Origin: Paraspadella gotoi
Lineage: Eukaryota; Animalia; Chaetognatha
DNA length: 64,000 bases
Assembly: GCA_051294375.1 (NCBI GenBank)
Contig: CM119271.1
Span: forward strand, 9,042,120-9,106,119
Direction: 5' to 3'
Shown: piece after piece, positions 1-16,900 of the stretch
Numbering within the stretch: the first letter of the stretch is position 1
Layout of the letters: each line of letters starts with the position of its first letter
Notes under the pieces: model-generated
The model's input: the letters and a program-made list of their open reading frames with translations, nothing else
The model's database searches: none
What the model was told of the DNA's origin: nothing
Made by a program: the position numbers and the translations under genes

Positions 1-31
1 TTGCTTAGACGGCGCCGGTCAGGGCGGCACC

Positions 32-1114
32 TTGCCCGCTAATTTGGTTCGCGGGGCGGGTAAGCTTCCACCGGCCACTCCGACCGGACAGCAACACGTC
101 GCCTCGCCAGGAATCAAAAATCGCAAGCCGACGGCCATGTCGTCACAAGTCCGCAACGTCTCAGCCTTCGGGACGATGAACGCCGCGCAGAGTCAATTCG
201 TTCGTCAAGCGCTGACGCAGCAATTGAATCAAAACTCTCGCCTCAATCCTCGCGTTATGTCTCCGCCCGCGCGGTCGAGCTACGCCAAGAAAGAGGCGCT
301 GGCCGCGCGGACGCAGCGCTCGAGGTCTGTGCCGCGGAAGGGCGCTGCCGTCGCCTGGCAACCGCAGGCTTTACCTCCCAGCGTCGTATCTCAGGAACTC
401 GCCGCCGGTCAGATTCCGACCAATTTGGTTTACGGCGCTCCGGCGGAGATTTACCAAGCTCGCGCTTTCAACGGCGACGCTGCAGGCCCCGCCGTTTACC
501 CACCCGTCGGATACGCCGTCGTGTACAATCCGTACGCGTCGCTCGCGCGGCCGACCACGACGAGGTTCGCGAACCCTATGTCCGTCGCCTACGGCACACT
601 TCCCTCGAAAGTGGCGCAGTGGAGGCGGAATTCGGACGTCGCCTTCCAGACGTCGCCCTATCACGTTCTTTACGATTCCGTCACCGGCGCCTACTACGCT
701 AGTCAATCCCCGTACGACCCTGCCGCCCCCGAACACGCCGTCGTTCAAATCCCCACCGCCGCCCCTCCCACGCAGTTCGTCAATCCTCAACTCACTTACG
801 CCGTCGGCCCTTACCCGGGCAAAGAAGCCGACGTCGCCGCGGTCCGCGGGGCTGACGGTCGGATTTTCATTCCGGAGCCCGATTATCCCGGATCCGACGG
901 GTACGGCAAGTCGGTCATAGGCCCGCTCTTTCCCGAGGGCGGCGGCGGCGAGTGCGGCAGCGGTGACTCTAAGGAGAACAACGGCGGGGTTCATAAAAGT
1001 CAGAAAAAGTCGGTGACGTTCTCGCCCTTCGTCAGCGAGACTTCTTTGGAGACTCCGCCCGAGAGCGATCCGAGAAAGACGGACTTTTGCGAAATCGACT
1101 CGATTCAACTTTAA
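32..1114 (+). CDS. 3' terminal exon of an unknown low-complexity (P/A/Y/Q-rich) protein, 5' end probably outside the window
   Basis: 360-codon GC-rich open frame ending TAA at 1114, followed by AT-rich UTR-like sequence. Ends with IPEPDY, an RVxF-type KSVTF motif and C-terminal DSIQL. No globular domain recognised. Confidence 0.7.
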   Translation: MPANLVRGAGKLPPATPTGQQHVASPGIKNRKPTAMSSQVRNVSAFGTMNAAQSQFVRQALTQQLNQNSRLNPRVMSPPARSSYAKKEALAARTQRSRSVPRKGAAVAWQPQALPPSVVSQELAAGQIPTNLVYGAPAEIYQARAFNGDAAGPAVYPPVGYAVVYNPYASLARPTTTRFANPMSVAYGTLPSKVAQWRRNSDVAFQTSPYHVLYDSVTGAYYASQSPYDPAAPEHAVVQIPTAAPPTQFVNPQLTYAVGPYPGKEADVAAVRGADGRIFIPEPDYPGSDGYGKSVIGPLFPEGGGGECGSGDSKENNGGVHKSQKKSVTFSPFVSETSLETPPESDPRKTDFCEIDSIQL

Positions 1115-2274
1115 AAAAATCGGGACGTAAAAAAAAAGAATATCAAAAAATTAATATTGCGAGTTTGGATCCAAATTAAAAAAAAAAGTAAAAGGCGTCG
1201 ACAATGCCCAAGGCCATACATTTATCGTAGATATAGTATTTTTATTTTCTGTTACCGTCTTTGTTGTTTGGAATTCGAAAAAGCGCACAAATAATTTTTT
1301 TGCGTTTTTAAACGAATCGCAAACCCTCTCTTTTTTTTAAAAAAAAAGAGCAATATTTTTTCCCCTTTCATTCAGCGTCTGTACTGTTAAATGGGATTAT
1401 TTTTTCTACATTTTTCCCGTCATTATTTACACGAATGTATTCGTCGCCTGACGATTTTTTTGATGACTTTTTTCCCGCCAATATTTGTTTTGACATGTTT
1501 TTTGTGAGTGAAACACCGCTTGAGGTCACAATCTCCCTGCCCCCCGATCAACCAGAGATTTTTTTTTACAATAAGGATTTGTCCAACGATCGCGAGTCTT
1601 TTTATTTTCGATCACAAAATCCAAACCCCTTGGGTTCGACGAGGATCTGTAGTGTATTTTTTTGAGAAACGGATCCGCGATCTTATTAACTGAAAATACT
1701 CGTTAACTAACTATATAGCAATCAAACTAGCGGAAACCAAACTAGTCTTTTTATTAGATATTTCGTAGGTACTATACTTTTTTCCGAATTTTATATATAT
1801 CCTGCCTAAAACGCCATTAGTTGGATTAAAGAAATCAAAATGGTAGAAATTTTTTCTGACAATTTTATCGCATTACATTTTTATTATTTAACATTTTATT
1901 TGACGAAATCAATGTTTTTTGCATGTTACTATTTTGTTTGTATCAATTTCTCATTGATTAGTTTGCTTTTTGTTTCGGCTCGCTCTGGGGCAATTATTTT
2001 TTCTTTTTCTTTTTGTTTTTGCAATATTTTTCTTTCGACAAAAGAATTCTATTTTTGGAATCGCTTGTTTCCATCCAACGAATCCTCGTCGAACCTCAAC
2101 AACAAAACACTTAGGAGAATATTTATTCCTCTATAATTAGTGTGATATCAACATGTACGAAAGTTACAACTACTCACTACGTTATTCCAATGTTATTTAT
2201 ATATACCTCAGTTGCTTAAACGTTTCTCATAGTTAGCGAATTATATTGTCATATTGTTTCCTCTTTTTAGCACC

Positions 2275-4821
2275 ATGTCGGCGGGCGGGGACGAGCCAGG
2301 GGTAGCGAGGATAAAGAAAGAATATTTGTTGAAACCTCGAGAATTTAAACCCAAAGCCAAACTGGAAAATGGTGATGATAAAGAACCCAAAGACAAAAAC
2401 GGCGAAAACTGTGACACTAAAGACGACGTTGTCAAAATAGAATCGTCAACCGGCGCTGAAAAACGTCCGGGTGATGATTCGCCCGCGGCGCCGAAAAAGA
2501 AGGTCAAGGGTCAGAACAAACATCGACCCGTCAACAAGAGCGCGAGGGATCCCTCGGTTAAGCTTTGTCACAGGTTCGCATATAACTTAGAACTGTATAA
2601 GCGTATGCGTATATAAGTATTAGATATTACCGTTCCACTTTACATCCCGGTTATTTGATTAAATTCCACTTTTTTCCAGCGTATTGCGTTCCCGGCCATG
2701 CCCCATGCTCGAGACCAACGTCCCCTGTCGCTACATGCATGACATTGAGGCGTACCTCTCCGCCAAGCCTCCCGATCTCGGCCCCGTCTGCTACTCCTTC
2801 TCCGCTCACGGTTTTTGCCCTCAGACTCTCCAGTGCCGCTTCGGCGACGTCCATCGCGCCTTTGACGAGGAGAATCTCAAGAGCGGCGCCCGCTTCGACG
2901 ATTTGGCGGCGAAACTCCGCCCTTCGCTAAACGTCCTCACCAAAGATCTGCAAACGACTCTGAGGAAGCGCAAGTACGACTTTGGGATCGCTGACGCCGC
3001 ATGGAAGGAGATGCAGACGAAAGGAGGTGAGGCTGAGAATGCAAGTGGTTGTGAACAATGTTTTTATTACGTAGTTAATTGAAATATTATTTTTGTTGCG
3101 ACTTCGTTTAGTCCCTTCGCCGAAGGAAGCCGCGCCTCCTGCTCCTTCTTCTTCTTCCGATCCTTCTCCTTCGGAACGGACTTCTCCTCTTGGCAGCGTC
3201 GGGCCCGAACGGAAAAAGATTGATTTTGCGGACAAACTCTATCTGGCGCCATTGACGACTTGCGGTAATCTCCCCTTTCGACGAATCTGCAAAGAGCTCG
3301 GCGCGGATATCACTTGCGGGGAGATGGCCATGTCGACGAACTTGTTGCAAGGTAAGCTTGTTTAATTGAAATTTGGATAAGAATACTTTTAATTTATCTT
3401 CCTATCTCACGCGTCCAGGCCAGTCTTCGGAGTGGGCGCTGATCAGGCGTCACCCCTCCGAGGACCTCTTTGGCGTTCAGCTTTGCGGCGGCTTTCCCGA
3501 TTCGATGTCTCGCGTCTGTCAAGTGATCAAGGAGCAGATGAACGTGGACTTTGTGGATATAAACATGGGCTGTCCTATAGATCTTGTCTTTAAAAAGGGG
3601 CAGGGCAGCGCATTGATGAATCGGCAAAACAAGCTCGAGCAGGTAGCCTATAAAACAACGAGCAAATGCTGATCATTAGTTGTGATTTATTGATGTGGTT
3701 TTTTGTTTTTATCAGATCGTAAGATCCATGAAACAAGTCCTCTCATCGGGAGACAACCCTCTTCCGCTTACCATTAAGTTCAGAACAGGTGTCATGGATG
3801 GGAACAACACGGCCCACACGCTTATCCCCAAACTAAAGGTAAGTCCTGTATCATTATTTTAAAAACTCTTTTATTTCTCTTTTTGTATTCTTTAAGGATT
3901 GGGGTGTTGATTTGATGACCCTGCACGGTCGCTCACGAGAGCAGCGATATACGAAGCAAGCCGACTGGGACTACATAAACCAGTGCGCTCTGGCCGCCGA
4001 TCCTATCCCGTTTTTCGGCAACGGGGATGTTTATTCAGTCCAGGAGTACAACGAACACAGGTATATTTTTAAAAGCTCGAAGACTATTACTATTTTATTC
4101 ATAGATTTCACGTAAAAAATTTTTAATCGATGCTGATTTGTTTCCAGAGCCGCGACTCGCGTGAACGGCGTCATGATCGCCCGCGGTGCCCTCTACAAAC
4201 CCTGGCTCTTCACGGAAATAAAAGAGCAGCGGGATTGGGACATTTCTTCCACCGAGCGATTCGAACTCTTGCGAAAGTACTCAAACTACGGCTTAGAACA
4301 TTGGGGCTCGGACACTCAGGGCGTTGAGACTACGAGAAAGTTCCTGCTAGAGTGGATGTCCTTCTTGCATCGCTATATCCCGGTCGGCGTGCTGGAACGC
4401 GTGCCGCATCGTCTCAACGAGAGGGCGCCACCTTACGTCGGCAGGAACGACTTGGAGACGTTGATGGCCTCGCCGGCGTCGTCTGGTTAGCTGAGAATGG
4501 GGTCTTTGGAAAAGGATCTGGAAGGGGGGCCGGGGAGGTGTTGTCGCGGNNNNNNNNNNTGTTGTCGCGGCGAACTGTGACTCAACAAAAGTATAATCGC
4601 GACGAAAAAGCGGACAAAAGATGTTCTTCTTTATAAACGCGTTTTCTTGATGTAATTCCCCCCTTTTGCCAGATTGGGTCGCCCTCAGCGAGATGCTCCT
4701 CGGAAAAGTGCCCGACGGCTTTCAATTCGTGCCGAAGCATCGAGCCAACGCCGTCGCCACTTGGCCCTCCTCCGGTTTATCGGCGACTCTCAATCTCGCC
4801 GTGCCCGAACTCAAGTCTTGA
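2275..4821 (+). CDS. DUS3L: tRNA-dihydrouridine(47) synthase DUS3-like, multi-exon
   Basis: Spliced translation gives two CCCH fingers (KLCHS..CRYMH, CYSF..C..CRFGDVH), then [73 protein letters not shown] and final [13 protein letters not shown] introns keep frame. Confidence 0.95.
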
Positions 4822-5116
4822 CGTCCTTATTTTAAACCAGACGCTGTGATGCTATTTTTTTTCTATCCGATAAAATAATGAATTATTCTTATCCCTCATC
4901 TGTTACGCAGACGTAGCACCTCTTTGCCTTTTCGAATAACGTTGACTAGCTATTTGATTCGTTGTTTGTTTCTTCTTTTTCTCGTTAAAAAGAATTCGTA
5001 GTTAATTCGGACTTCGTTCCACGCACATCTCCATGGAAACTTGAGAGAAAGAGAGAGAAACAAACTCCCAAATAGAGAGAAAAAAAAAACAAAAAGGAAA
5101 ATAAAAAGAGACAAGG

Positions 5117-8617
<3,501 letters not shown>

Positions 8618-9294
8618 TGCCGAAAAGAAAGAGAGAGAGAGACCGGCGCCCTTTTGCCCCCCCCCGTCGATCATTCCAAAGGGAAAAAACAAACAGAAAC
8701 TCGGGTTTTCATCTTTTCAAATTCCATTGTGTTTTTTTCGACGTTTGAGGACTAAAGATTTTTTTTTTTTTGTCCCCGGATTTTGTTGTCATTCGCATTC
8801 TAGTCAAGCCCACCTTTAAGGATACTCGTCTCTTCTTTTTTTTTTCTGACGAATTATAGAAGTTTGTTATGGAGTTTAGCGCGTTTTAGTATGATAGTGC
8901 GATAGTATTCGAGGGATGTTGTCCTCCGTCTGCTGTGAGAAAAATGGCCGATCCACTTTGGCAACTTTCTCAATATTGTAATTACATTTAATAACTACGA
9001 TGTTGAAGACAATTTTTTTGGAAAGTTTATTAAATTAAAACAAATTTTACCCTTATTATTATTATTATTATTATTTTATCTTAATTACTTTCTAAATTTA
9101 TATCGTTTTATGAAACGTTAATGTTTTCCTTAGATGAAAAAAAACGGGGCTTTTTGAGGTGCGCCGTTTTTTTTTAAATACGAACTTCGCCGCTCGAGAT
9201 TTAAAAAAACAAACAAAAACGGGTAACCCCAATCGAAAAAGGGGAAAAGCATTTCAAGGACAAAAACTGAAAAAATAACAAAAAAAAACAAAAA

Positions 9295-11421
9295 ATGACT
9301 TTTTCCGCACTCGACGCTTCCCATTTCCGCCCGTGTCTCTTCCTCTTCTTTCTCGTCCCCATCCCTCTCTCTTCCGCCAAGTCCGTCCGCCACACCGCCG
9401 TCCCCGAAGGCGCCACCATCTCCTTGCCCTGCCGATGGACGGCGTCCTCGTCGCCGGCGAATCCGATCACGCCCGAAGCTGCGGAGGAGTTGAGCTGGGC
9501 CTTCGGGCGACACAGACAGAAGGAGATCTTCGTGGGGTTTTCCGCCGTGGTTGGTGGGAAGTGGAGTTCGAGGAAGTTGGACCTCGATCCCGTCGACTAT
9601 GGCCTCGTCGTCCACGACGTCGAGATGAGGGACTCTGGGTACTACTCGTGCGTCAATGGAGATCAAGAGGCCGATCGGTGGAAGGTGAGTTTAGATTCGA
9701 GATGATAATAGATTTGGTGTTGCGAGTATCTGGACTTGAGCACACTTGTTTGGTTTCGAATCTAAGAAACCATGACTACGATTAAGGAATTTGATATCTA
9801 ATCTTAAATCACATGTAATTAATTCCAGAAGAGATAATATATTTATTTTTGTGATATTTTAATTCCCACCATCCCCAATTTATAAGTTGTCATCTTTTCT
9901 CCGCACAGCTCTCCGTCCTCGGCCATCCCGTCTGCTCCATCGCCACCCCGGAGTCCCAACGCCTCGTCGGCCGCAACATCTCCCTCGCATGCGAGATGGC
10001 CTTCGGAGGGGAGACGCCATCCGTCGAGTGGACGATGGAGTCGGAGGAGGGCGGGCTCGGCGACCCGCTGCCCGGCGTCGACGAACGTGACTCCGTCGTT
10101 GGCGTTCAGTTCAACTTCACAGTTTTGAAGGACGACGTTGGTAGGAAGGTCATCTGCGTCGGAAAGCATCCGCACTGGAACGCCACCTTCGATCGTGGGT
10201 TAGTTAGTGGAGGGGTTTAATTGTAAAGGATTGATAGGATCGTAAAATGAGGAATTAATAGACTAATATCTAGTTTGGTTAATCTACTTGGGCTGCTTTG
10301 AAATTATTTTCGATTGTTTATTATTATACTATTATCCCCCTTAATGATAAAAGTAAGAGAATGGAATAGAATTTAACACTAATAGAGAAACAGAATAATT
10401 GGACATAAATAGGGAAACTATTTATTATTAACGCCTCCCCAACAACAGCCCCTCTTGCGACGTTCTCATCAACGCCGGTGAAGTCGATGGCACCGCCGGC
10501 ACCGCCCTCTTCAACGACGCCACATCTTGGCTGTCGGCGCTGCTGCTCATTGCTGCCATCGCCACCATCATCACTCTGGCCATCATCATTTATCTCTGCC
10601 GCAGCCGAGCGTGTGGAGGTGACGCCGCCCTCGAAAAAGAAGCCGCACTTCAGCAGCAGCAAAAGCAGCTGCAGAATCATCGTCGGGACAACGACAAGGC
10701 CCCCAACGGATCCTACGGGACGGCGGACAAGAGCGGCCATCTCAAGTCTGCTAACGGCTCTTCTCACGCGGAGGGTGGCGCCCTTAACGGAGCCGCCAAA
10801 CAGCCGGCCGACTTTTACGGCGGAGCGTTCGAAGGACACCAACCGGCGGTGACTCAATCCCCCGGCGTCGTTGGCCAACGCGAAGAGGGAGCGCCGAATC
10901 GTACTTCCGCTTCCTGCGACGACAATCTGTCTGTTCGAGGTCACGGTCCGCAGCTACAGCAACAGCAACAGCAGCATCCTCATCAAGCCGTTCACGGATT
11001 TCCTCCGCCGCCGACGGCTCAGGAAATCTCTATGCTCGAGGATAGTTTCGACGATCATCCCAAGCCACCGCCGCCGCAAGTTGATCCTCGGCGCCCCTTC
11101 CACGGAGCTCCGCCTCGCGCCCACGTCTCGCCTCACACGTCGCCTCACCACGGGCACCATCACCATCACGGTCACGGCCCACCTCATCACGGTTCTCAAG
11201 GCCCTCCTCGTTTCGGCCCGCCGATTCGCTCCTTGGAGAGACCCGTCCGCGCCCCCTTCCAGGGGATGCCGCCCGTGGGTCCGCCTCATCATCCTCAGGG
11301 AGGCGGCTCCGGCCCAGGGCCTTTCGGGCCGCGCGGTCCGCCCTTCGGTACGAGGTCCCAGCCGAGGTTTCCGCCGCCAGGGGGGTTCGTCAGGCCGGCC
11401 GGTCAATTTCAGGGGTATTGA
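9295..11421 (+). CDS. Single-pass Ig-superfamily membrane protein (2 Ig domains, long His/Pro/Gly-rich cytoplasmic tail), 3 exons
   Basis: Signal peptide (CLFLFFLVPIPLSSA). Ig1 ISLPC..LSWAF..DSGYYSC; Ig2 ISLACEM..VEWT..FNFTV..DVGRKVIC. TM WLSALLLIAAIATIITLAIIIYLC in exon 3 (from ~10449), in frame with ORF 10849-11421. Confidence 0.8.
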
Positions 11422-13995
11422 GGGACCCATACCGTTTCCTTCCATCAAGAATAGAAATCTCGTTTCATTTTTTTCTTCTATGAAAAAGCGAGATGAAAAA
11501 AAAAAATTCTCAAAATTTTATTCCTTCATTGAAGGCTTCAAGTTTTTTATGGACAACTTTTTGCATACTTTTTAATTCAACCTTTTTCACATTCCGCCGT
11601 TTCTACTTCCGAAAGTTGTCTCGCTTTCCCGCGTATAGTCATGAGTCAAAGAATTGTTCCTTGTTTTTGTGCTTGAACAAAAACGTGACTTTTTTGAGAC
11701 CTGGAATCTTTTTTGAGGATTTATTCGATGCTTTCCTATTCCATCTTATTCGATCGCCTTCTCGTTTCTCAATTCTCATCTGATATTTCTCCTACTGTTT
11801 CTCCCGAACGAACAAAAAAAAAAAAAAATCTCGCCTCTCTCGATATTTTTTCATTCCAATTCTCATCGGTGCTGAATTTTAATTTCAGATACCTTTACAT
11901 CCTTTTTACATCCTTTATTTATTCGTATTTTGATACCGAAAAGTACGTAGTTGTACGTAGATTAAAAACAAATGAAGATTATACCTCTATGCCGTTGATT
12001 GATACTCTATTAGCCTATATTGCCTTGCGTTATATACTCAATTACTCGATACTCTCTTTCGCCTTTTTGCTGCAATGATAATCACAAAGGTTTTTTTTTT
12101 CTAGAAATTTATTTATTTGTAATCTCGGGTTCATTACTTACATGGCAGGCGACATATAGTAAATGCCAGCGATACGGGCAGTTCTCGATACTTTATTCGT
12201 AGCTCAACCAAAGTTTTTTTGTTTATTACTTTAACATTTGTTCAAACGTAATATAATATTTGCGATGCGGTAAAGTTACTTATTCATTACTTGGGTTGGT
12301 CTCTCATCAATTCCCGTATTAAAAAGGTTTTAAATAAAAACTCTTAAATCGCTTTATATCCTCATTGTAATTTTGCTAGTCCATTTTTCATCTTTTAATG
12401 TTCGTTATTATTCTCTTTGTGCATTATAGATTTTGAATTTTTGATTCAAATTCTATTTTCCAAGATGCCTATTTATTCTTGTGATATTTTCTCCACTGCC
12501 TTTAGCGTTTGCCGTAGTTGTTATTTTTATTTAATTTTTTTTTAAATGCAGCGTTGAGATTTGTCCCTGAAAATAAGTTAGTAGGTGAAATTTAAAAACT
12601 TTAAAAAAATTAAAGTTCTGCAACCCTAAAATTACGGCCTTTTCAACTCTACATGTTTTTACGAATTCAAAATCTTAATTTCACGTTTACAATTCGAAAA
12701 AAATTACCTAACTGAACATTTTCTACTTTATGATTATGCTTTACGATATTTATCAAAAATGCTAGTCTTATACTATTTTGCAATAAATCTTAATCTTTTC
12801 CTATTAATGATCATATTATTTACTTTCATCATTTCTTGAAAAATAGTTATTTTAGGAGACCCAAAAAAGCTATTCGGAATGCCAATCAATAAGCTATATG
12901 TAGCTCAATCGGAGATTGTTTTTGAATACCTTGACAATCACCTGCACGGATTACAAAAACCACACTAACGCGAAAATGAGGCATAACAAGTTATCGAGGA
13001 GTAAGATGATAATGACGAAGATGCTGATAAGGCGTCCGTGATGATGATGATGATGACGACGACGACGACTTGGTCGTCGCTTTGCCTCGAGTCGCGCGAT
13101 CGAGCCCAAAGAGAAAAGTGAACGAACGGGGGATCTGAAGGGTGGGAAGAGGACGTCGAAAGTGATCGTCACTACTGTTTAAAAAATTTTTAATTCGCAG
13201 GCAGTAAATATGAATAATGCATATGAAATATCAATGAGTTAGCGATTATTAATTACTGCATGATAGAAAGCTAGCTACGCTCCGAGCGCAAATGAGCGAT
13301 TTAGTCAACAAACATAACATTATTTTACAAAAATGAATCTAGATTAAAACGGATCGTTCCTATCAAACGGTAGTGAGCGCAAAAAGCGACTACCTTGCTG
13401 TTTCACGATTATTTCGAATTAAACCACCGAAGGTCCGAAGGAGGGGGAAAAGGAAAGTCGCCGTAGATTTCCCTATGGGCGAATCCTTTCACTTTTATTT
13501 TTTTCTTTTTTTCGTCGTCGAAAAGAAATAAATCGCGCGATTGAGAAGATTTGATTCGCCGAGTGATCGGGTAATATTGTACTCGTCAATGTACACTTTA
13601 ATACAGTATAGTTTGGTTGATTTTATGGTGTTTAAAAGAATTTTATTTTAAAAAAAGACGTCATTAAAAACATCCTAAGCTACGCTGCGATAACTTTTGC
13701 TTAGGACTCTTTAAATAGCTGATGATCTTATTCTACCTGTTCTACATCCTTTTATCGGGGAAAGAGCAATGCTCACTGACTGACTGATAAATCCTTGTGA
13801 CCTCGCCTTTTTTTTTTTTTTTTTGTTTTGTTTATCTGGGATAAAACCGACTCAGCCATTCTAGAATCTAGATGCCGTTTCCCTATTTAAATTAGTAAAA
13901 AGTCTCTCGACTTCTCCGAGTTGCGACCAACATAACCTAAATTGATTGCCACCTCCCGACCTTCCGTATCTCTCAAAGTTCCCAAGCTCGGCAAG

Positions 13996-16900
13996 ATGGC
14001 GCAACTTCAGGCGACGCTGGACACCATCCTCGAAAAAGTGGCCATCTTGGAGACGCGATTCGACAAGCTCTTGACGCAGTCTCTCTGCCAACTCAGCGAC
14101 ACTGTTCACGCCCATGAGGGAGAGGTCAACGTCGAGGTCAGTCGTCAACGACATCGACAATCCAGGACATCGGCTTGACGTTTTTTGAATAATTTTTTGG
14201 TTTTTTTTTCCCCAAAAATTTTTACAGCTCACTCGCCGGGCGGAAACTGTGGCCCAGGCGGTTCTCTCCCTTGATCAAAAAATTGGTAAAAAACCCCAAG
14301 CCTCTTCTTTTGAGTTTATAATTATATGAAATCTAATTGATTGAAACGTAAGGAATTTGTTGCGATTTATTTTTATAATTAAACTATTGTGAATTGAACT
14401 TTTTTCTCCGTCCGATTAAGCGGCTTTTTCGCTTCTTTCCCCAATGTGACTCGCAGGATCGTTGGAGCAGATTTATCCCATCTACTCGCCGCTTCAGCAA
14501 GGGCAAGGCGTAGGAGTGCAAGCCGGAGGTGAGGGTCGATCCTCTTTGTTTCGCCCATGACGATTACTCGACCAAACTTGAGTTTCCCTTTCCCGTCTGA
14601 AATCATAGGCCAACAACAGTTCGCGCAGCAGGCTCAATCGGCCTCTTCCTCGAGGAGCCAGGCGCAGTACTCGCAGTCCTCCTCTTCGACGCAGCAGTTT
14701 CAAGAGGTTCAGCAATCGAGATCCTCTCAAAGTCAATCCGTTCAGCGCCAGACCGTGCAGCAAACGCAATCCGTGCAGCAAAGTCAGTCCGTGCAGCAAA
14801 GTCAGTCCGTGCAGCAAACACAGTCCGTACAGCAGAGTCGCTCCGTGCAACAATCCCAGTCCGTGCAGCAAAGTCAATCCGTTCGTCAAACTCAGTCTGC
14901 GCAGCAGCAATCTTCATCGACCGGATATGGTAAGTCGCAAAACGCTCTTCCCGATTCTTATCCCAGGATACAACCGCGCCTCCCTTTCAGCAGCGTCGTC
15001 GCAGCAGGAGCGGGTGGTTGTTGAATCGGCGGTGACGGCGCAGTCGGCGTCGACGGCTGCAGCGTCTCCTTCGGGATTCCCCAATCTGGAGCAGACGAAG
15101 GAGAAGCTGATCAAAGAGATCAAACGCGTCGTATCGACGCCGGACGGACAGAGGAAGATCATCACCGTTTCGGGTAAAAAAAAATTCGGGTGGATGCGGT
15201 GTTTGAGGCTGGGGAGGGGGATTATCGCCGACTAATCGGCCTCGTTTTTGTCGGTCTTACTTCTAAAATATTAAAATATTAAAACTAAAAAATACTATAA
15301 AAATATTACATAATATTAATCCTATTAAAAAAGAGATGACAATGTTAGAATATCATCGTTTTAAAAAAATGGAATAAGAGAAGGATGCCGCGTGTTGGGG
15401 AAAAAAAAATTAATGAATTTGGCTTCTTTTCTGCAGCCGAAGAAGCGAAGGCGATGGCCGACTCTGGCCAGGAACTCATCGGAGAAGAACTCTCGGCGGA
15501 GGAGGCGGAGATGTTTTACTCGTAAATACATTCGTTTGTTTTTTAAACTCGGTTTAAATGTAGATATTAACTTTTTCCCCTCATCTATTTAACTTTCGCA
15601 GCGAAATGCTCGCGGAGGCGGAGGCGGAAATGTGCTCGTTGGAAGTATCTCTGGAGGCGTACCAGGAGCTGTCTTCGATGGAGGCGCCTCCGCAGAACCT
15701 CGTCTCGTTCGCCAACAAGGTCGCGATTGTCGCTAGAGTATTTAAATATTGTTATTATTATAATATATACTGTAATAACATGTGATCTTCAGGCCACGAG
15801 CGTCCTGGAGAATCTGACGAGGCGCGTGACTGGAATCGCCAGCGAATTCTCCCAGCTGTCGTCCTTTTCCGTCTCGGACGACGAGTATCTCAGGGTTAGT
15901 GTCTTTTGTTCTGTTTTTTTCGAAGAGGACGCTCACGTCGAGCGATGAGAAATTCCGAAGGGCTTTTTGGAAAAAAACAAAACAACATCGTATTGCGAAA
16001 CGCTTTGAAACTTTACTCTATTTATACTATAATTATAGCGTCATTGAGGTAAAGGTCATGTATTATCTTGCCCTGAATTAGACACTAAACCCACTCCCTA
16101 TCCAGATCCTCGCCCGTCGCATCGACGAGGAACGCAAGGAACGAGACGCGGAAGTGAAACGCGCAAGAGAGAAGAAGGCGAGGAGGGTCGGCTTCGGAGG
16201 CGGCGTCCACGTCAGAGAATTTGAAGGGTAAGGGATGTGATAAAAAAGGAAGGGGTGGCGCGGCAGTTTTCGTCGGTTTGAATGATTAAATACTTAAGAG
16301 AGAGTGGTCTTGAGTTACAATTGGAAACATTTCTTAAAACATCATACCTCCTTAATTTATAAGGTATACAATACTATACATGTTCTTTGAGAGTTAATAA
16401 ACTAGACTGTGAGAGAGTTTTGATTGAAAACTAGCCGGGTCCTGCTAAGTTATTGCCTTGTAAGAGGGATTAGCGAAATGGCATAATTTTTGTTGGTGTT
16501 TGGGGGGTTTAGGATAGTTTAAGGTTAGTTTACGATTAAGGGTGGTTAGGGTTAAGCGGGTTTTTATAATAAAATAAATTATTCATTCAATAAATAAGCT
16601 ATTTTGCTGGTAAAATTTTACTTTCGCCGACTGGAATTTTGGATTTTGGTTTTTGAACAATTTAATTTTGAAAATGATTTCATAGGGACGAGGTCGACGA
16701 AGGCGACGACATCGGGTCTGAGTATGGGTCTGAGTTCAGCGAGTCGTCCGAGGGATCGTCTATGTACTCCTATGGCGTGAGTGGGGGGGCGGGTGTGGGG
16801 TGGAGATTTTTTTTTGTTATAGTGGCCAAGATTGACCCTTGATTTTCGAGCGACTTTTCATCGGCTCCACTTCCCCATCTCAGGATTCTGAGTCGATGAC

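Noticed and set aside
371-1108. 245-aa minus-strand ORF (and similar antisense ORFs over other GC-rich exons)
   Set aside because: Stop-poor shadows of GC-rich coding exons; no independent splice or domain evidence.
4539-4570. Direct repeat TGTTGTCGCGG around Ns
   Set aside because: Contig-end overlap across a scaffold gap in a DUS3L intron.
14494-14917. Minus-strand ORFs with LLHGLT / AARTDF repeats
   Set aside because: Antisense shadows of the spliced + strand QS-repeat exon.
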